DNA of 63,741 bases, filler included, from Choristocarpus tenellus KU-1152 (GCA_964200185.2; 11 parts of 11 records of this genome joined end to end with filler, not necessarily neighbours in it), one strand, 5' to 3'; counted from the first letter of the whole stretch, positions 10,901 through 24,560 are shown. The notes: generated from the sequence alone by a model not told the origin. Numbers and translations: made by a program.

Positions 10901-12743
10901 TGCTTCAGTTCCAAGGTCTTTGGATTTTGAACTCAGTGATCTGCGCCAGTTTTTTCAAATTCCAAGAGCTTCAGGTACTTGGATCCCTGTCAAAGCTAGA
11001 TTTCCCCACACTCCATATCATTGCTATACTTTAGCACGTGCTGATAGCGCTCTAATGCTTGAATGTGGTTGCCATGTGGGATTATCCTCGAACTGTGTCA
11101 AAAGGATTTGCTTTCCCCATTTGGTAGGGTGCCCTATGAAGATGTGGGCTATTTTATGGTTGTATAGTTTCATTAGAATTATGGAAAGACTAGGTGATCT
11201 TGGTATTTGTAGTCATGGTAAAATATGAAGTACAGAGTACAAAAGGGTACAAAGTGGCGAGAAGTGCACAAGATGACTGAATGCACATTGAGACCAAATT
11301 GCATCCACCAGAGGCAGTATTGTCATTGTTGCAAATATTTTTTGTATGCCCTCTCAAGATCGTTGTTGAACCACACTATGTCCGTCATCTTCATTCCTCA
11401 TGCACTACCAAATGGTGAATGTCTCAATATCACAATATATCCAAATGCATGGCATGCACAGGGTGGATGGCCTCGGGGGAAGGAACCACCGCCTATTACA
11501 GGACAGATTGGAGAAGGACATTGTGCCGGAAGAGTCTAAATTCTTGGTAAAGAAAAATAAGGTTGTCCTCAAGCTGAAGAAGGTGTGTGCCCTTGTCATT
11601 AGTGTTGCAAAAAGGGGGCATTGCATCTAGGCTATAATGTGACTTGAATGTTGTATGAAGATAACAGGCTTGTCCATATCATAGCATGTGAGTTTGTCTT
11701 GTGCCAAGTGTTTTAGGATACCTCTTGGCATTATATCTTTGTTGGATCAGTTCCTGCTGTAAACTGATTCAATTTCATGTCCGAACACTTGTCATAACCA
11801 TTAACCGAGCTCTAGGAACTAGGCATAATACACCTAACACAAAATTTATTGTTGCATAGCCTTGCATGGGCACCCTACTGTATGTGCAGGTATTTCTCAG
11901 GGGATCATAAATATGAATGGCTATTTTTTCCTCATCTTTTTGGACTCACTTTTCAGTGTGTGATTCTGTTCAAGACACTGTAGCCTCAGAAGGGATACAA
12001 TTTTTTTATGGTAGCTTGATGCCATATCTATGATAAGCAACAAAATGTTAGCCAGGCTGGATATGGATTGACCTCTACATAGAGTTCAGTATGTGTTTAG
12101 TGTTGTATATCTGTCCAAGTTGAATTCCATCAACTGATTTTGTATTGCTCAGATCATATGCATGTGTAATGGTATTATTCGTAGAAACTATTGCTTACAT
12201 GAAAACACACAGTACTGTGACTTTTCCCTTCAACTTGACCCCCTTCCACTTCAAATCTTGTCTCATTTTTTTCAATTTCTGCTGCTAGAACTGAAGTGTT
12301 TGAATCTCTAATGTGAGTAAAAGGTAGCTGTCTAATTGAGTGATAATAATTGTTTGTGACTCGTGTAATGCACCACTCCAACTACTGTGTGCAATATTCA
12401 GGAAGAGGTGTGCTTCAAAGCATACTGGAAGCCCCCCATGGTAGACACATCGTAATTGGAAATATAGGATTCTCACTATTATTCCATAAATTCTTGTTCA
12501 TGTGGGGAACTATCTATCCAATCTTAGCCTTATTTCTCCTCAAGAGGCTTGCTGCTGGAACCCCATATTGACTCCTTACGTACAAGTGTTTTTCTTCCTT
12601 ACTCCCGAGGACTGTCACTGTATTTGTCACCCCCTGCCCGTTGTAATAGGTAAAGGGAGAATTTGGCAGCTATGTTCACTGGAGTGCCCTGACCGCAAAG
12701 AAACAACGCAAACCAGATGGAGCTGCTAAGGACCCTACAGCAG
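7921..12743 (+). CDS. CACYBP: Calcyclin-binding protein / Siah-interacting protein, 3'-partial; exons about 7921-7974, 8491-8798, 10378-10518, 11462-11582, 12650-12743
   Basis: GT-AG introns with consistent phase. N-terminal hairpin MTELAEAKNLLAMAK|GVRVKEAL; CS domain ISTYAWDQGEYNSPWVTVYVTLEGVG...FDLR|VDGLGGRNHRLLQDRLEKDIVPEESKFLVKKNKVVLKLKK|VKGEFGSYVHWSALTAKK. The SGS region lies beyond the contig end and the start codon is uncertain. Confidence 0.88.
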
Positions 12744-12770
12744 GTTCCCATCTACCTTACGTGTCCCACA

Positions 12771-12810
12771 GGATCAAAGTATCTGGGAGGGGGTGGTGGC
12801 TGTCCATTTG
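12771..12810. mobile_element. Truncated end of the same MITE clan at a contig terminus; others at 12911-12926, 16968-17018, 26696-26741, 26842-26876, 29724-29795, 44475-44488, 63721-63741
   Basis: Each contains GRSTCAAAGTATCT or its reverse complement AGATACTTTGRSYC. Confidence 0.88.
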
Positions 12811-15800
12811 NNNNNNNNNNNNNNNNNNNNNNNNNNNNNNNNNNNNNNNNNNNNTTAATTAATTAANNNNNNNNNNNNNNNNNNNNNNNNNNNNNNNNNN
12901 NNNNNNNNNNCCAGATACTTTGAGCCTCTTTTGATACCTTGCGACAGGTAGCACCTGTATAATGACTGCGGTTGTGAGCATAATGCAAGAAGTGAGTATC
13001 AACGCCATGTCTTGCAATTTTGTCGCCAAGTTTGACCCTACAGGGTGACAGATATTATAATAGTGTCGAAGAATATGGTGATGCAGTGAGGGGGGCGAAA
13101 TGGGTGCTACATCAACAAGGAAGATGTGGACAAGACTGCAAAGGAGATCGGGGGGCATCAATAGTTGGAGTTTGACCTGATCGGAGAGTGTTTGTTGCCT
13201 TTTATAAGCTTCAAACCAGATCTAAGAGATTTCAAGAATAGATGATATGTTGCAAATGGAAATATCCGATCTCTATCGAACCCACCCACCAAGTCAAGAA
13301 AATGTTTCCACCTCCACCTACCGTGCAAGAGTTCGCTTTGGCACTTTCTATCCAGCTTGAGAAACACTCAATTTGTTTGTTGGTGGTGGCTTGAGAAGCT
13401 GTGAGTAGTGTACCTTCTACTGGTAAAATTCTCCTGGTGTGGTTAATGCACCTGTAATGCATTTTTTTTATTTCACAATACAATGCACTAAGTAGATGAG
13501 ACAACTCTGAATCACCTCTCAAAGTTGAATCACATGGTGAGTGCTTGGATGCATGGATTAATGTAACACGTGCCTAGACCACGCCCTTAGACCACTTCCC
13601 AACCACAGTGATCCTATATGCATTAAAAAATATAGACGAATTTTGCACATACTTCTCAGCATCCTTAAAATGCAACTCCTGGTATCTCTAGTTTACTTTG
13701 ATCCACAACTCAAAATATGTACCACCAATAGAATAACATATTGTGGTCCTAGATGCTACATAGATCCCATAACTTGCTCTACCCATACATTTGGCATCAC
13801 GCTGTAGCAATTGATACTACTTGGGCTCTGCTTATTATGCTGTAGAATTAATATACAGAGAGAGATAACTCCATATTTGCATAGTTTCTTGATGTAGTAA
13901 AATTTCGTGCACCAGCACTTTGACCTGAAGCGTCACAGTGATACAAGGAATCCACTACCTGTTCAAGAATGTGGAAAGTTAAACACATCTGGGAATTACT
14001 TTGTATATACAATCCTTTGGCACGAGCAGTGTTCCTTGCGAACACTCCAGGCAGCACAGCATCAACGTGTCTGTCTTTTGGTATGGGACCTGCAGCCTTG
14101 AAGGGAAAAAATCAACGTGGCACTTCTGTCATTCACGTAATAAAGGGAAGTCACATATGGAGTACTTCAGGCCGGCAGGACCCACAACAATCAACAACAA
14201 GGAAGCTATCCTCTCTGTTTGCTCCGCAAATTTCCTCTTATGTGCAACAAGCAGACACAGCACTGTCACCCTCAGGGCAAGCCCAACAGTTTTTAGCAAT
14301 TCCACATCTTGCACTACAACATAGCATCAATTTTAGGTTTTATTGATTGGACTGAGTCGTTTCTAATGGGCTGTGGATTGATACAAGTGCGTTGTGGTGC
14401 TTTTAGGACATGAGCACCATAAAATCAAGTACATTTCCATCTCCATGTTTCCTTGTAGCAACCACCAAGCTTCCGTTTTTACAAGTCAACTGCTCATTTC
14501 TCATCAGTCGTACCGTCTCCTGTTCTTTTGAAAGGCATGGCTTCTACCGCGATCATCGGTATGTGTGTGTGGTTCATCTGTTCTGCCAGAAACTGATTGT
14601 TAACCAACAGACTCCTTCCTGCTCATGCACACTATGAAGTGTGTGGTCAAAGGATTGAGTGGGTTCTGAATGCAGGGGACTTTGCCTCTAATATTAGCAG
14701 TGGGGGATCAAGTTTACTCTGTAGCCTTCCTCAACCAGATTTGGAGCATGGCAAACCTTTTCCTCAACAATAATAGTTCTTGCTGTGAGGAGATGTGCCG
14801 TGGGCAGAACTTCTGAAGTGAATATCTCGTGTCATTGTATTGCGTGAAGCTTGCCTTTCATCTTCAGAGCCCGTGCTTCCTGTTCACAAGTGGATTTGGG
14901 CAAGTGTATACTTAAAACATGTCTTTAAGGTATATGTGCAATACCTCTGCGCATATTGGTGATGCAATGTGCACAAATATACTATTCACGCAAGCTGCAA
15001 GTCCTTTCATCTATCACACTTGTACCTCCTACTGTGTTTTCACTCACTTCATTGCAAAAATGGCATTGCTCTCATTGCTTTCAAAAAAGGTAAGAGGGGA
15101 GACTTAAAGGACGCTGGAAATTACACAACTAAAATATCTCGGGGAATATGGGCAGAGGAATATTTGGATAGTTTTTAGAATGAGGCTACCACTACAAAAC
15201 ATTTTAAGTCCACACAAGCTACAGGCCAGCGAAGTCTGCAAGACATCTGAAGCGATTGAACAGAAAATAGATGTAGCATTTTGCATGTGATTAGTCTCCT
15301 AACCATTGATTGGCGTAACAGATCATTTTCCCCCATATCAACATTCCATGTAACTTGACACTGTGCTCATGGTGTAGAGAGGAGGTATCCCACCACAGAG
15401 CTGAGGTGCCGCTGATTCTATCTCTCATATTGTATCAGGATCACTTTTTTGAAGAATATGTTTGATTCTTTCCACTGCGCAATACCTTCGTGAGAAAATT
15501 GTTGACACTACAAGAGAAGGCACCACAGTCATGTACACTTTGGAATTTGTGGCATGAGATCAAACTAGCAGTTGGGAATCTATCTCAATTTTTCCCTGTG
15601 CTCAGCGATCACTACTAAACAAGACGATAATCATTGTGATACCCCCTTAGGATACTCCTGTTGTGCCGTGAAAATTGTTCTATTATCCATAGCTACGCCA
15701 GTTGAAGGACGGTTTATTTGGTGTTGGATATATGTAAATATCCTATAGTGACTATGAAGAAGGAACAATCACTGACAAAGGTTGACAGAGGCACATGTCA

Positions 15801-15861
15801 GGCAACAAATGGCAAGGGATAGATGATAATTGTGCATAGAAATGATTAATGCCAGGTTCAC

Positions 15862-16607
15862 CTGCGCTGCGGCTTCAAGGTTGTAGACAGTTGCAAAGAA
15901 GTCATGGAAGCTTATAATCCCTTTCTTGTTTCTGTCCATTGCCCGGAAGAGCTTTTTCAACTTCTCCTGAATACAGTGAATGACAATATTTAAAGCTGTT
16001 ATGTTTCATATGCCTCAGACATGTAAAGGTAGGTAGAGGGCAAGGACAGCACGGAGGGAGAGCAAGTCTTAGGGTGAACAGGACCTTGTACAATTATAGA
16101 TACATTTCCTTGGAAGTACCATACCTCAATTTTGTTGAGAACCAGGCTACAAAATATAAATTTTGAGGGTCGGCTAAATGTTATGACTGCAGAAGAGACT
16201 GATGACAGTATGAACTATTCAGAATATAGTGTCACCAGTGTATATATATTGGCAGTGCACCCTATGATATTACACCAATCTGACGAAATGTCCAATATCT
16301 GGTTGGCAGGAATATCTAATTTGGCATCAAAATCTTTGGTCCAAAGATTTTTTTGTTCCTTTTTGGCGCCCTGTTGAGAACCTAGTCACTACTGAAAGCT
16401 ATGGGTCACCTTTGAGATGTGCAGGTTGAGCTGGAAAAGGACTACACTGAGATCCTTTGTAGTAAGCTCCCCATTCCTGTTTGGGTATATCTCCTCAAAT
16501 AGAACAGCAAGTCCACTCTTGCCAAGGCCCAAACTATCCACTCGCTTCATCAGCCTTTCCCTGAAGTCTTTCATTAACTGTTCTTGATCCAGTTGCTCGT
16601 CTAACAC
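15862..16607 (-). CDS. EF-hand protein, two internal exons (16410-16607, 15862-15966)
   Basis: Phase-0 AG/GT-bounded exons give LFEEIYPNRNGELTTKDL...LHISK|EKLKKLFRAMDRNKKGIISFHDF, a degenerate EF-hand pair. Confidence 0.75.
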
Positions 16608-16679
16608 CTGAGTGAGAACATAAGCAAGTGGAGGCCAACAGAGAAGCTGTGTTGAAGGTCTATATAGTTGAGATCATTT

Positions 16680-16867
16680 GGGTCAAAGTATCTGGGAGGG
16701 GGGTGGCGGCGTCCGTTTTTCGCCCTTTTGTCGATTTTCACGTTTTTGGTGTGACTTGGTCGCACGTGTCAGATTTGAAATGTCAGCAAAAAAAGTTGCT
16801 TGACCGAAACGGACGCCCCCTCAACGACCCCCCCCTCCCCCCCCCCCCCCCCCCCCACCCCCTCACC
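16680..16867 (+). mobile_element. MITE subfamily D (TIR GGGTCAAAGTATCTGGG, different body), truncated by contig end; related end at 56037-56089
   Basis: Same TIR core as A-C; subterminal inverted pair GCGTCCGTTT/AAACGGACGC. Confidence 0.8.
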
Positions 16868-18160
16868 NNNNNNNNNNNNNNNNNNNNNNNNNNNNNNNNN
16901 NNNNNNNNNNNTTAATTAATTAANNNNNNNNNNNNNNNNNNNNNNNNNNNNNNNNNNNNNNNNNNNNTATTTTGATCCCCAAATGGACGCGGCTCTACCC
17001 TCTAAGATACTTTGACTCGTATATCATTGATCGACCATGACTTCCCAAGTTTACAGAGCCGACATAACTTGAGTTACTGCAATGTTACTTCAGAGATAAT
17101 ACTAATGCTACAATAAAAGTTGAAATGGGTCATGGATTCAGGAGTAACACAGGGCAAGGTGTAATCTGAGGGAGTGCAGCAAATTTCAGAGTGATCCACA
17201 CCACAGTAGTGGTTTAGCATATCCCTCCCTCCATCATTTATGCTGCGATGTATGCAGTTGAGTTGGTCCTCGCAATCAAAACTTGTGAGCACTACTCTCA
17301 GCAAATCAAGCCACATAACTAAGCAAAGGAGAATGGCACAGAGCATTCTTTGACGCTACGCAGTAAGCAGGGTCCTGCAAACCCACCCTCCAATAAATTG
17401 GATGCATCTGCACTTCAGATTACAATTGGTTACTGTCAAGTGATTTATCCAAGGAGCGAGGTGGAGAGCAACAAACGTACCCAATAACAGAAGAGAACAA
17501 AGATGCTGATGACTGATGGTCCAAAATATTGCACACCTTCTACCCCACAATGCAGTCAAGCTCTTTTCTTTCGCAGTAGTAGCCCACGACAACCTCACTC
17601 ACAACAGTGGTACTTCTAGTAGTACGCAGCATGCATGCCTCTGCTCTCCTCCTCATCTATCAGCCACACCCACAAAAATGTCATCATCAGACCACACTTA
17701 GTTAAGGCACTTGGGCAAATACAGATAATCCAATACTTTCTCAGTAGTACCACCACATACATCCACACATAACTCACAGGACCCTCTCTCCTTCATCCTA
17801 ATCCTGGGCAACGTTAACACCAAACACGCTTGTCGCACTGTCCTTCATGATACCTCAATGAAAAAATCATCTCCTGGAGAAGTAAAACGCCAAAAACCAT
17901 GGGAAGCAAACTACACCAACAGAATAGTATGGAAAGCTGACATGCAAAGATAAGGAACCTCCCGCAAAGAGCAAAACAGAGACGCATTATTTTCTCATTT
18001 GGCTACAACAGCTATTCAATCTCGAGGATATACCATTTCAGCGCATCAAGTGTCCCATGATTTCCCCTTCACACCTCCGGCCACATGCTCCCTCTTCATG
18101 TGTCACAAAATTTACGAACAATCATCCACCCTGCCTGCTTTCTAGGTCCCTCCACCATGA

Positions 18161-19726
18161 CTACTTCTCTGCCTGTGATGGTTTATCCTTCTCCCCTTCC
18201 TTCCCTTTCTCCTCAAACTCCGCATCCTGGACATCCTCAGCCTTTGAAGATCCTGCTGCCTGCTCCCCTTCCCCCTCACTTCCACCCTCTGCACCCTTCT
18301 GTCCATATATCGCCTCCCCAATCTTCAGCGCAGCAGTCTTAAGCATATCGAGTTCATATAGGGAGGGGGAGGGGGAGTATTCAGGGAGGGCTGTGGGTAG
18401 AGGAATGTTGAATGCAAGCATCAAATAATTCACTGGACAATTAATATTATTGCTAAGTTGTTATCATTGCAAGGTTCATTTGAAACGAAGACAGAACTAG
18501 ACACCAAATCAAAGCAGTAAGAAACGTACGTTGGGGGTGGGGGGGGATGGGGGGGTTGATGATGAAAAATGTGACCGGTTTTGTGGTTTTGAACCAGATA
18601 TGGATATCGATTTCCACACAAGTTAAGGATATACTTTCTTCATGTTGACTGATTTGGTGGATGGATGCAGTCCATATTTCACCAAATACACCAAACTGGT
18701 TTGTCTCTTTAGAAAAGTTGGAAATAATTCAGGCTAGAAGCAGATGGGAGAAGTTATTCCAGGGCTGGCAGGCAAGATGACATAAAAAACTCACTTGGAA
18801 TAACGCACTCGAGAAACTTCCCCTAAAAAGCAGGTGTCAAAATGTTGCTATGAAAACAACAATGAGCACCAAACCTTTGCAGCCACTACATACCCCACAC
18901 CATTCTGACTCTCCACTCCCAGTCAAATCACACACCTAAATGCAAGTGTACTGTTGTCATTTGTTTCTAGATTCCACGTAAAAGCTCACGCATTATACAC
19001 TGATTCAATACCATGTTAGCTCAAAGTAAAATCACATTTACTATCTCTCTCACAGATACACAAAGTACAAACCCATACACACACACACCTGTAGCGCCTG
19101 CACTTTAGTCTTGATCTCCTCTGGTTCGGTTGACTCCAGCACCTGCTTCACATCCTCCACTGCCTTCTTCACATCAGCCTTCACATCCTCGGGGACCTTG
19201 TCACCATGCTCTGTGAGGTTCTTCTCCACACTGCATGCAGCCCCCCCCCCCCCCAACACAATCCAGGATTATTTTCAAGCATCAACAAAATCAGAGGGGC
19301 AGAGATCAGCACAGGACTAAACTGTCGAAAGTGGTAAGAGTGAAAAGAAACCCACACACAAACACAGACTTGAAACACCTACATAATATCAACAGTAGCA
19401 AGCCTCAAATGGAAGAAAGGAATGAAAAACGTCAACCATGGGGACTAGCAATTCCTATGAACTGTCACCTTTCTACTACATCATAGAAACCAGTTCTCAA
19501 GGCCTATCTTATCTCTCCAAACACAGAGACAAGTCAACTATTTCTAACCTAAGGATCATAGTAGCGCACACTGAAAGACACCCCCTAAGAACACTCTTCT
19601 CCTTCCCACAAGCACACACCTGTAAATAGAAGAGTCAGCATCGTTCTTCGCCTCTATCAGGTCACGCCTCTTCTTATCTTCCCCTGCATTCTCCTCTGCT
19701 TCCCTCACCATGCGGTTGATGTCCTC
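18161..19726 (-). CDS. HSP70: HSP70/DnaK C-terminal lid and tail, probably mitochondrial type; exons 19620-19726, 19089-19230, 18161-18337
   Basis: [48 protein letters not shown]...VQALQ|TAALKIGEAIY...VQDAEFEE. DnaK-type DAEFEE tail with no cytosolic EEVD; intron phases are consistent. Confidence 0.92.
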
Positions 19727-20629
19727 CTGTTCATACACACCAAAGTCCAACATATCATGGGCACGTCATTAACAACGAGCTCAGAGGTCAAGGTCACAAT
19801 ATAATCTACTGTGAAATCAGCTTGCAATGGATGTGTGTGCATATGTATGTACAATACCAACAAGCAAAAAAATGTTTCAGGTACATGAATGTACAACCCN
19901 NNNNNNNNNNNNNNNNNNNNNNNNNNNNNNNNNNNNNNNNNNNTTAATTAATTAANNNNNNNNNNNNNNNNNNNNNNNNNNNNNNNNNNNNNNNNNNNNG
20001 GGTTTGTTGGATTGTTGGAATGCCTCCCTAGCTCCACCCCCCGGGGCGCAGGAGTAGGTAGATAGGAAGCACAGGAAGACAGTAGTACAATATTTGATAA
20101 TGGTGAAGTAACTGATATATTAGTGGTGGTTTTCGCACTTACAATGATTTATAGTGTTTTCACATTTATGATATTTTATTTATTTAGGGCTAATAATGAC
20201 GTGTATAGTTTTCATTGGTTTTCCCCCTGACACATCTGCAAAATGTCAGAGGGCAAAATAATATAAATACAATGGTGTGTGACATAACTAGGGCACACTA
20301 CCATACGATTATGGTACATGCTATAAAGAAATATAAAAAAATCTCATTTTTCAAATGCTCTATTTGAAATGACCATATTATGTGAAACAGGTGGAAACAA
20401 GCCGATAGGTTCTTCAAATAATGAAGGGAAGCGGGGAGACCCACATGAGGAAAGGTCAAAGAGAGACAAAGTCAAAGAGGGAGAGCAATCCCTCAGAAGA
20501 ACACTCAGGAAAAGAGTCAACAAGCAGGAAGAGTGAAGGAGGGGGATTTTGGATGGCACTCCAAATCACCCTATCTTACTTCAAGCAGATGTTACCTTCA
20601 ACATGTAAAAACAAAAGTAACATGAATAT

Positions 20630-20705
20630 CATGATGTTCAAGATAGGTCACCTTCAGGGTATACATTATACATGATGTTCAAGATAGGTTACCTTCAGGG
20701 TATAC
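20630..20705. repeat. Tandem duplication of a 35-bp unit (period 41)
   Basis: CATGATGTTCAAGATAGGTYACCTTCAGGGTATAC at 20630-20664 and 20671-20705. Confidence 0.9.
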
Positions 20706-22424
20706 CTTCTGTGGAATATGGCTCTCACACATACTTTCAAATCACAAAAAGTTAAAATCTTTATTTTTTGTTTTTGTAGATGTAAGAGGTATTATTGAAG
20801 ATTATGTTTTATTGACTTGAGGACTGAAAGAAAGAGTTCCTACTATTACGATTAATAGAATTAACTCCAAAAATAAATGAAATTATATGGAAAGTATGAA
20901 ACACATTAAAAAAATTCTGATGTATTAAAATCCAATGAAGTGACCCAAAAAATTAAGAATTGGGGGGTATTTAACTCACAATCAAAAGAAATCCCTAAAA
21001 ATGTAATACATTATATATATAAACCTTCAACAATTCTAAAAATTAAAGCAATCCAATAATAAAAAGAACAAAAGAAGGAAAATCAATTTTTATCTGTATT
21101 AATGTGGGTAGTGGAAGATAGCCCATCCAATGTAAAGGATACTACAAATATAGAAATATATTATATATATTCCTCCGTTTACTGTTTATTCTACTTGTTG
21201 TGGCGGAGTTCTGTCCGCACATCCGGTAGTTTCCAACTTGTTTGGGCGTCATTGGTTGACTATTCTTGTGTAACAGACTATATAAAAGATAGGCATTGAG
21301 CTCACTCCACGCCAAGAAGGGCACAGCAGCAGCCAAGGTTGCGGACATTTGGTTTGTGGACTGATAGTGTGGTTCAGTGCAATGCACACTTGTAAGTTTC
21401 ACGATCGGGGGGAGCGCTGACGGCCACACCTGGAGCTCTGTTCTCAACAATGTACAGCTCTATATATTTATGTGCTGCTGGTGATGGTTGTTGGTGTTTT
21501 CACTACTTTTACTAATATTTACAGTAAGGAATACTTCTATTACTACTGTATGTATAGACCTCTCTACAATATATATTATCTGCCTTGCTTGATGCATGTT
21601 GCTACTTTCATATTTTACCTCGATCCCCCATCACGACATCTCCAGAATGCCCACATGTACATACAGTATGATCTCTAACATTTTGCAAACATTTTACCGT
21701 GGAGAGGACAAGATTCAAACACATACCAAGCAGAAAAAATAAATACAATAACCAAGTATGTCTTCCTTACAACAAACATCTTCCAGCACATCAACAGTAG
21801 CTATATACTCTAAAACAAGAACACAACTCTGTCCATACTACAAACCTAAATTAACGCATGATTTTTCTGAATTTAGCAATGAAACATGTACTACGTAACT
21901 ACATCAAATATATAATGATACACACAACTAAAACTACTCCTAGACTGGCACCATGAAGGCGATCTACAAACAAGGGCAGAAGTTCACGAGTTGGTCAAGT
22001 CCCATCTCGCCCACCAGTACAGACAAATGTAGTGGTTGAACCACATGACACGCCTTGAAATTGACACTTGCACCAATACAGACAAATCCTGTCACAGTCA
22101 TGCCTTGAACACTCCCTCCCTGCTGAAGCCCCCAGTCCTCTTTTTACCCATCACATGAGTCACACCCACCTCATCCAGAAATTGATCCACCTCTGTGCTG
22201 AAATGCCCAAAGTTTTCCATCACGAAGGCGTTGAGGTTAATGCTACATGCATCAAAAGACCCACTGTATTGCATCCTCACTCACATATGAATACATTGTC
22301 CGGAGTATATATGCACACATAACTGGTTCTGGTTCAAGCGATGAGAATATTTTTGCATGTGGAGCAACAATGTTCGCCTTAGATCCCCTTTCAAGGTCTT
22401 CCAGTACCTCAGCAACTCATCTTC

Positions 22425-24062
22425 TTACTCATTTTTCAACTTGATTGTAGCCCTGCCCTCCCCCACCCCCACATCCTTACGCCGCAGATCCAACCTTCCA
22501 GCTACTTCTCCAAACACCTGGGGCAACAAATTCCATCTCCCTGCTTCACACTTCAAGTCTTCACTCCTACTTCCATCCTCCTCACCTGAAACCCCCTCCC
22601 CCTTCCCTTCAACATTCTTTCTCTGTATTCGCCATGCCCACCTACCTCTCTTTTCCTCCACCCCTTCATCTCGACTCCCAATGACACCAACATTGCCATT
22701 GCTACTGTGTAAGCGCTTTTTACGAGCAGTTTTTCGGACAAATAGATTGATAGCAGTCCCAAGGAAAAATGTGATAGCGGTGCTGGTAATTGTGATCACA
22801 TTGAAGGGCATGCTAAAATCAGGCTGCGGGCTATCGAGAAGACAGGCCTCCCCATGCACATAGAGAACTCGGTGGTTCAAATCCGGTTCACTGCTTCCAT
22901 CTGTTCGTCCCACTCTGGCAGAAACCCCAGGGCTGGTCTCCTGTTCCCACATAGTTTCCTCTCGAAGGGGTGTATTAAACACAAAACGGGCCATAGGTGA
23001 GGGGATATCTAGCCCACGACTGGGGTCAGGGGGAAAGTGGTCTAGTGGCAAGAACCGCTTGAAGAAGTCAAACCCCACTATCAGGGTGTGCCCGGGGGGA
23101 ACATTTACTATGCCCTCCAACACAGCAGGGGCCCTTCGCCCACCCCATTGCACTCTACCAGCTGCTAGCGTAAGGTTGCCAGCCAGGCTGAGATCAGACG
23201 CCTCGCTTTTCCTCTTTTCACCTCTCTCATCTCCCTCTATCCACCCCTCCAGATCTTCCCCCTCCTTGAGAGGACTGATGTCATCAGACAAAACTAACTG
23301 TCCTCGTAAGGTGCTTAGCAGTGGGGCCATAGAGTATGGCACAGGAAGCAAGAGCACCACCGAGGCAGTGGCATTTACATGGTGATTGGTAAGGTGTGTA
23401 ACTGATACCCCTCGAGTGCCACCCCGCCCAGCTAGGTAGTGCTCCAAGCCAACCAAACTTGCCCCCCCAGCCCCTCTCCCATACCGCCATTCTGCTGCCT
23501 GCTCCCAACCCCAACTGTCACCCAGCCCCCACAACTCCGTCTGCAGCATCCCAAGCCCTTTCTCCTTCTGCTCTGCGTGCAATAATACAGCATCCTCCTC
23601 AACCGCCTTCCCATCAAGCTCTTTCCCTGACCTAGAGGTGGGGAAAGTTCGAGGCCACAGAACCAGAGTCTTCACTGACCCAATGTCTACACCTACAGGG
23701 CCACAGAGCTCGGGTGTACAAGGTCTTTCAACACCCAATCCTAGCCCTAACCCAGAGCTAAACTTAGGTCCCGATCCTGACCCAGACATTGTTCCTGTAG
23801 CCCTGGAAGTTGTTGGAGCGGCTCTATCTGCTGTCCGTTGACCATCCCGTGCAAGCCCCTGCTTGTCACTCTCCCAACGTTCCCCCACCACTGCTTCTAT
23901 GCCCTCCCGCCCTTCCTCCTTTGCTTTCAATCCCCCCCTATTACCCCATGCAGGAATGAGGGTATGCACTGCACTCCGAACAGCAAGGGGACACCCAGAG
24001 AGCTCTACCACTGTACCCTGGGACCCTTCCCGACCCTCAGTCAACTCTGACATCACCTCAGA
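22425..24062 (-). CDS. PIGT: GPI transamidase subunit PIG-T (Gpi16), 5'-partial long terminal exon
   Basis: KRFLPLDHFPPDPSRGLDIP and the PIG-T signature PQPDFSMPFNVITITST, followed by a transmembrane segment (TAITFFLGTAINLFV) and a basic stretch. Confidence 0.9.
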   Translation of the reverse strand, partial: SEVMSELTEGREGSQGTVVELSGCPLAVRSAVHTLIPAWGNRGGLKAKEEGREGIEAVVGERWESDKQGLARDGQRTADRAAPTTSRATGTMSGSGSGPKFSSGLGLGLGVERPCTPELCGPVGVDIGSVKTLVLWPRTFPTSRSGKELDGKAVEEDAVLLHAEQKEKGLGMLQTELWGLGDSWGWEQAAEWRYGRGAGGASLVGLEHYLAGRGGTRGVSVTHLTNHHVNATASVVLLLPVPYSMAPLLSTLRGQLVLSDDISPLKEGEDLEGWIEGDERGEKRKSEASDLSLAGNLTLAAGRVQWGGRRAPAVLEGIVNVPPGHTLIVGFDFFKRFLPLDHFPPDPSRGLDIPSPMARFVFNTPLREETMWEQETSPGVSARVGRTDGSSEPDLNHRVLYVHGEACLLDSPQPDFSMPFNVITITSTAITFFLGTAINLFVRKTARKKRLHSSNGNVGVIGSRDEGVEEKRGRWAWRIQRKNVEGKGEGVSGEEDGSRSEDLKCEAGRWNLLPQVFGEVAGRLDLRRKDVGVGEGRATIKLKNE

Positions 24063-24519
24063 NNNNNNNNNNNNNNNNNNNNNNNNNNNNNNNNNNNNNN
24101 NNNNNNTTAATTAATTAANNNNNNNNNNNNNNNNNNNNNNNNNNNNNNNNNNNNNNNNNNNNCCCCCCACAAAAAAAAAAAAAGTTATTTTATCACAGCT
24201 TTCTTTTTAAAAGAGTAACATTTTCGGCCTACTAGAGCACAAGTAGCACATACATGACCAAACATGCCACCAGAGGAGGAAAATCACACAAACTGGTGTT
24301 AACATCAACACATTCAACAGACCACTCCTGGCACCACGAGCAATGCCTTCTACTCCAAATGGAAACCCTTGCTGTGTACGTACATCATGATACAGAGATC
24401 ATAAAAGCCCCGGTGCATCTGCCTTCAGATCAACCCAATGAATCTTTCCATCTATAGAGAGGTACATAAAGTACCCCACTAATTAGAAGGGCATTCCGTT
24501 GCGTGTAACGAACAGGGCA

Positions 24520-24560
24520 TAACCCTAACCCTAACCCTAACCCTAACCCTAACCCTAACC
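24520..24560 (+). repeat. Interstitial telomere-type repeat (CCCTAA)n
   Basis: About 6-7 perfect units. Shorter tracts at about 811-837 (TTAGGG) and 25286-25303. Confidence 0.95.

Noticed and set aside
21196-21449. Possible solo LTR (TGTTG...CAACA with an internal TATATAAA)
   Set aside because: Flanks CTACT/ATGTA give no TSD and there is no second copy in the window.
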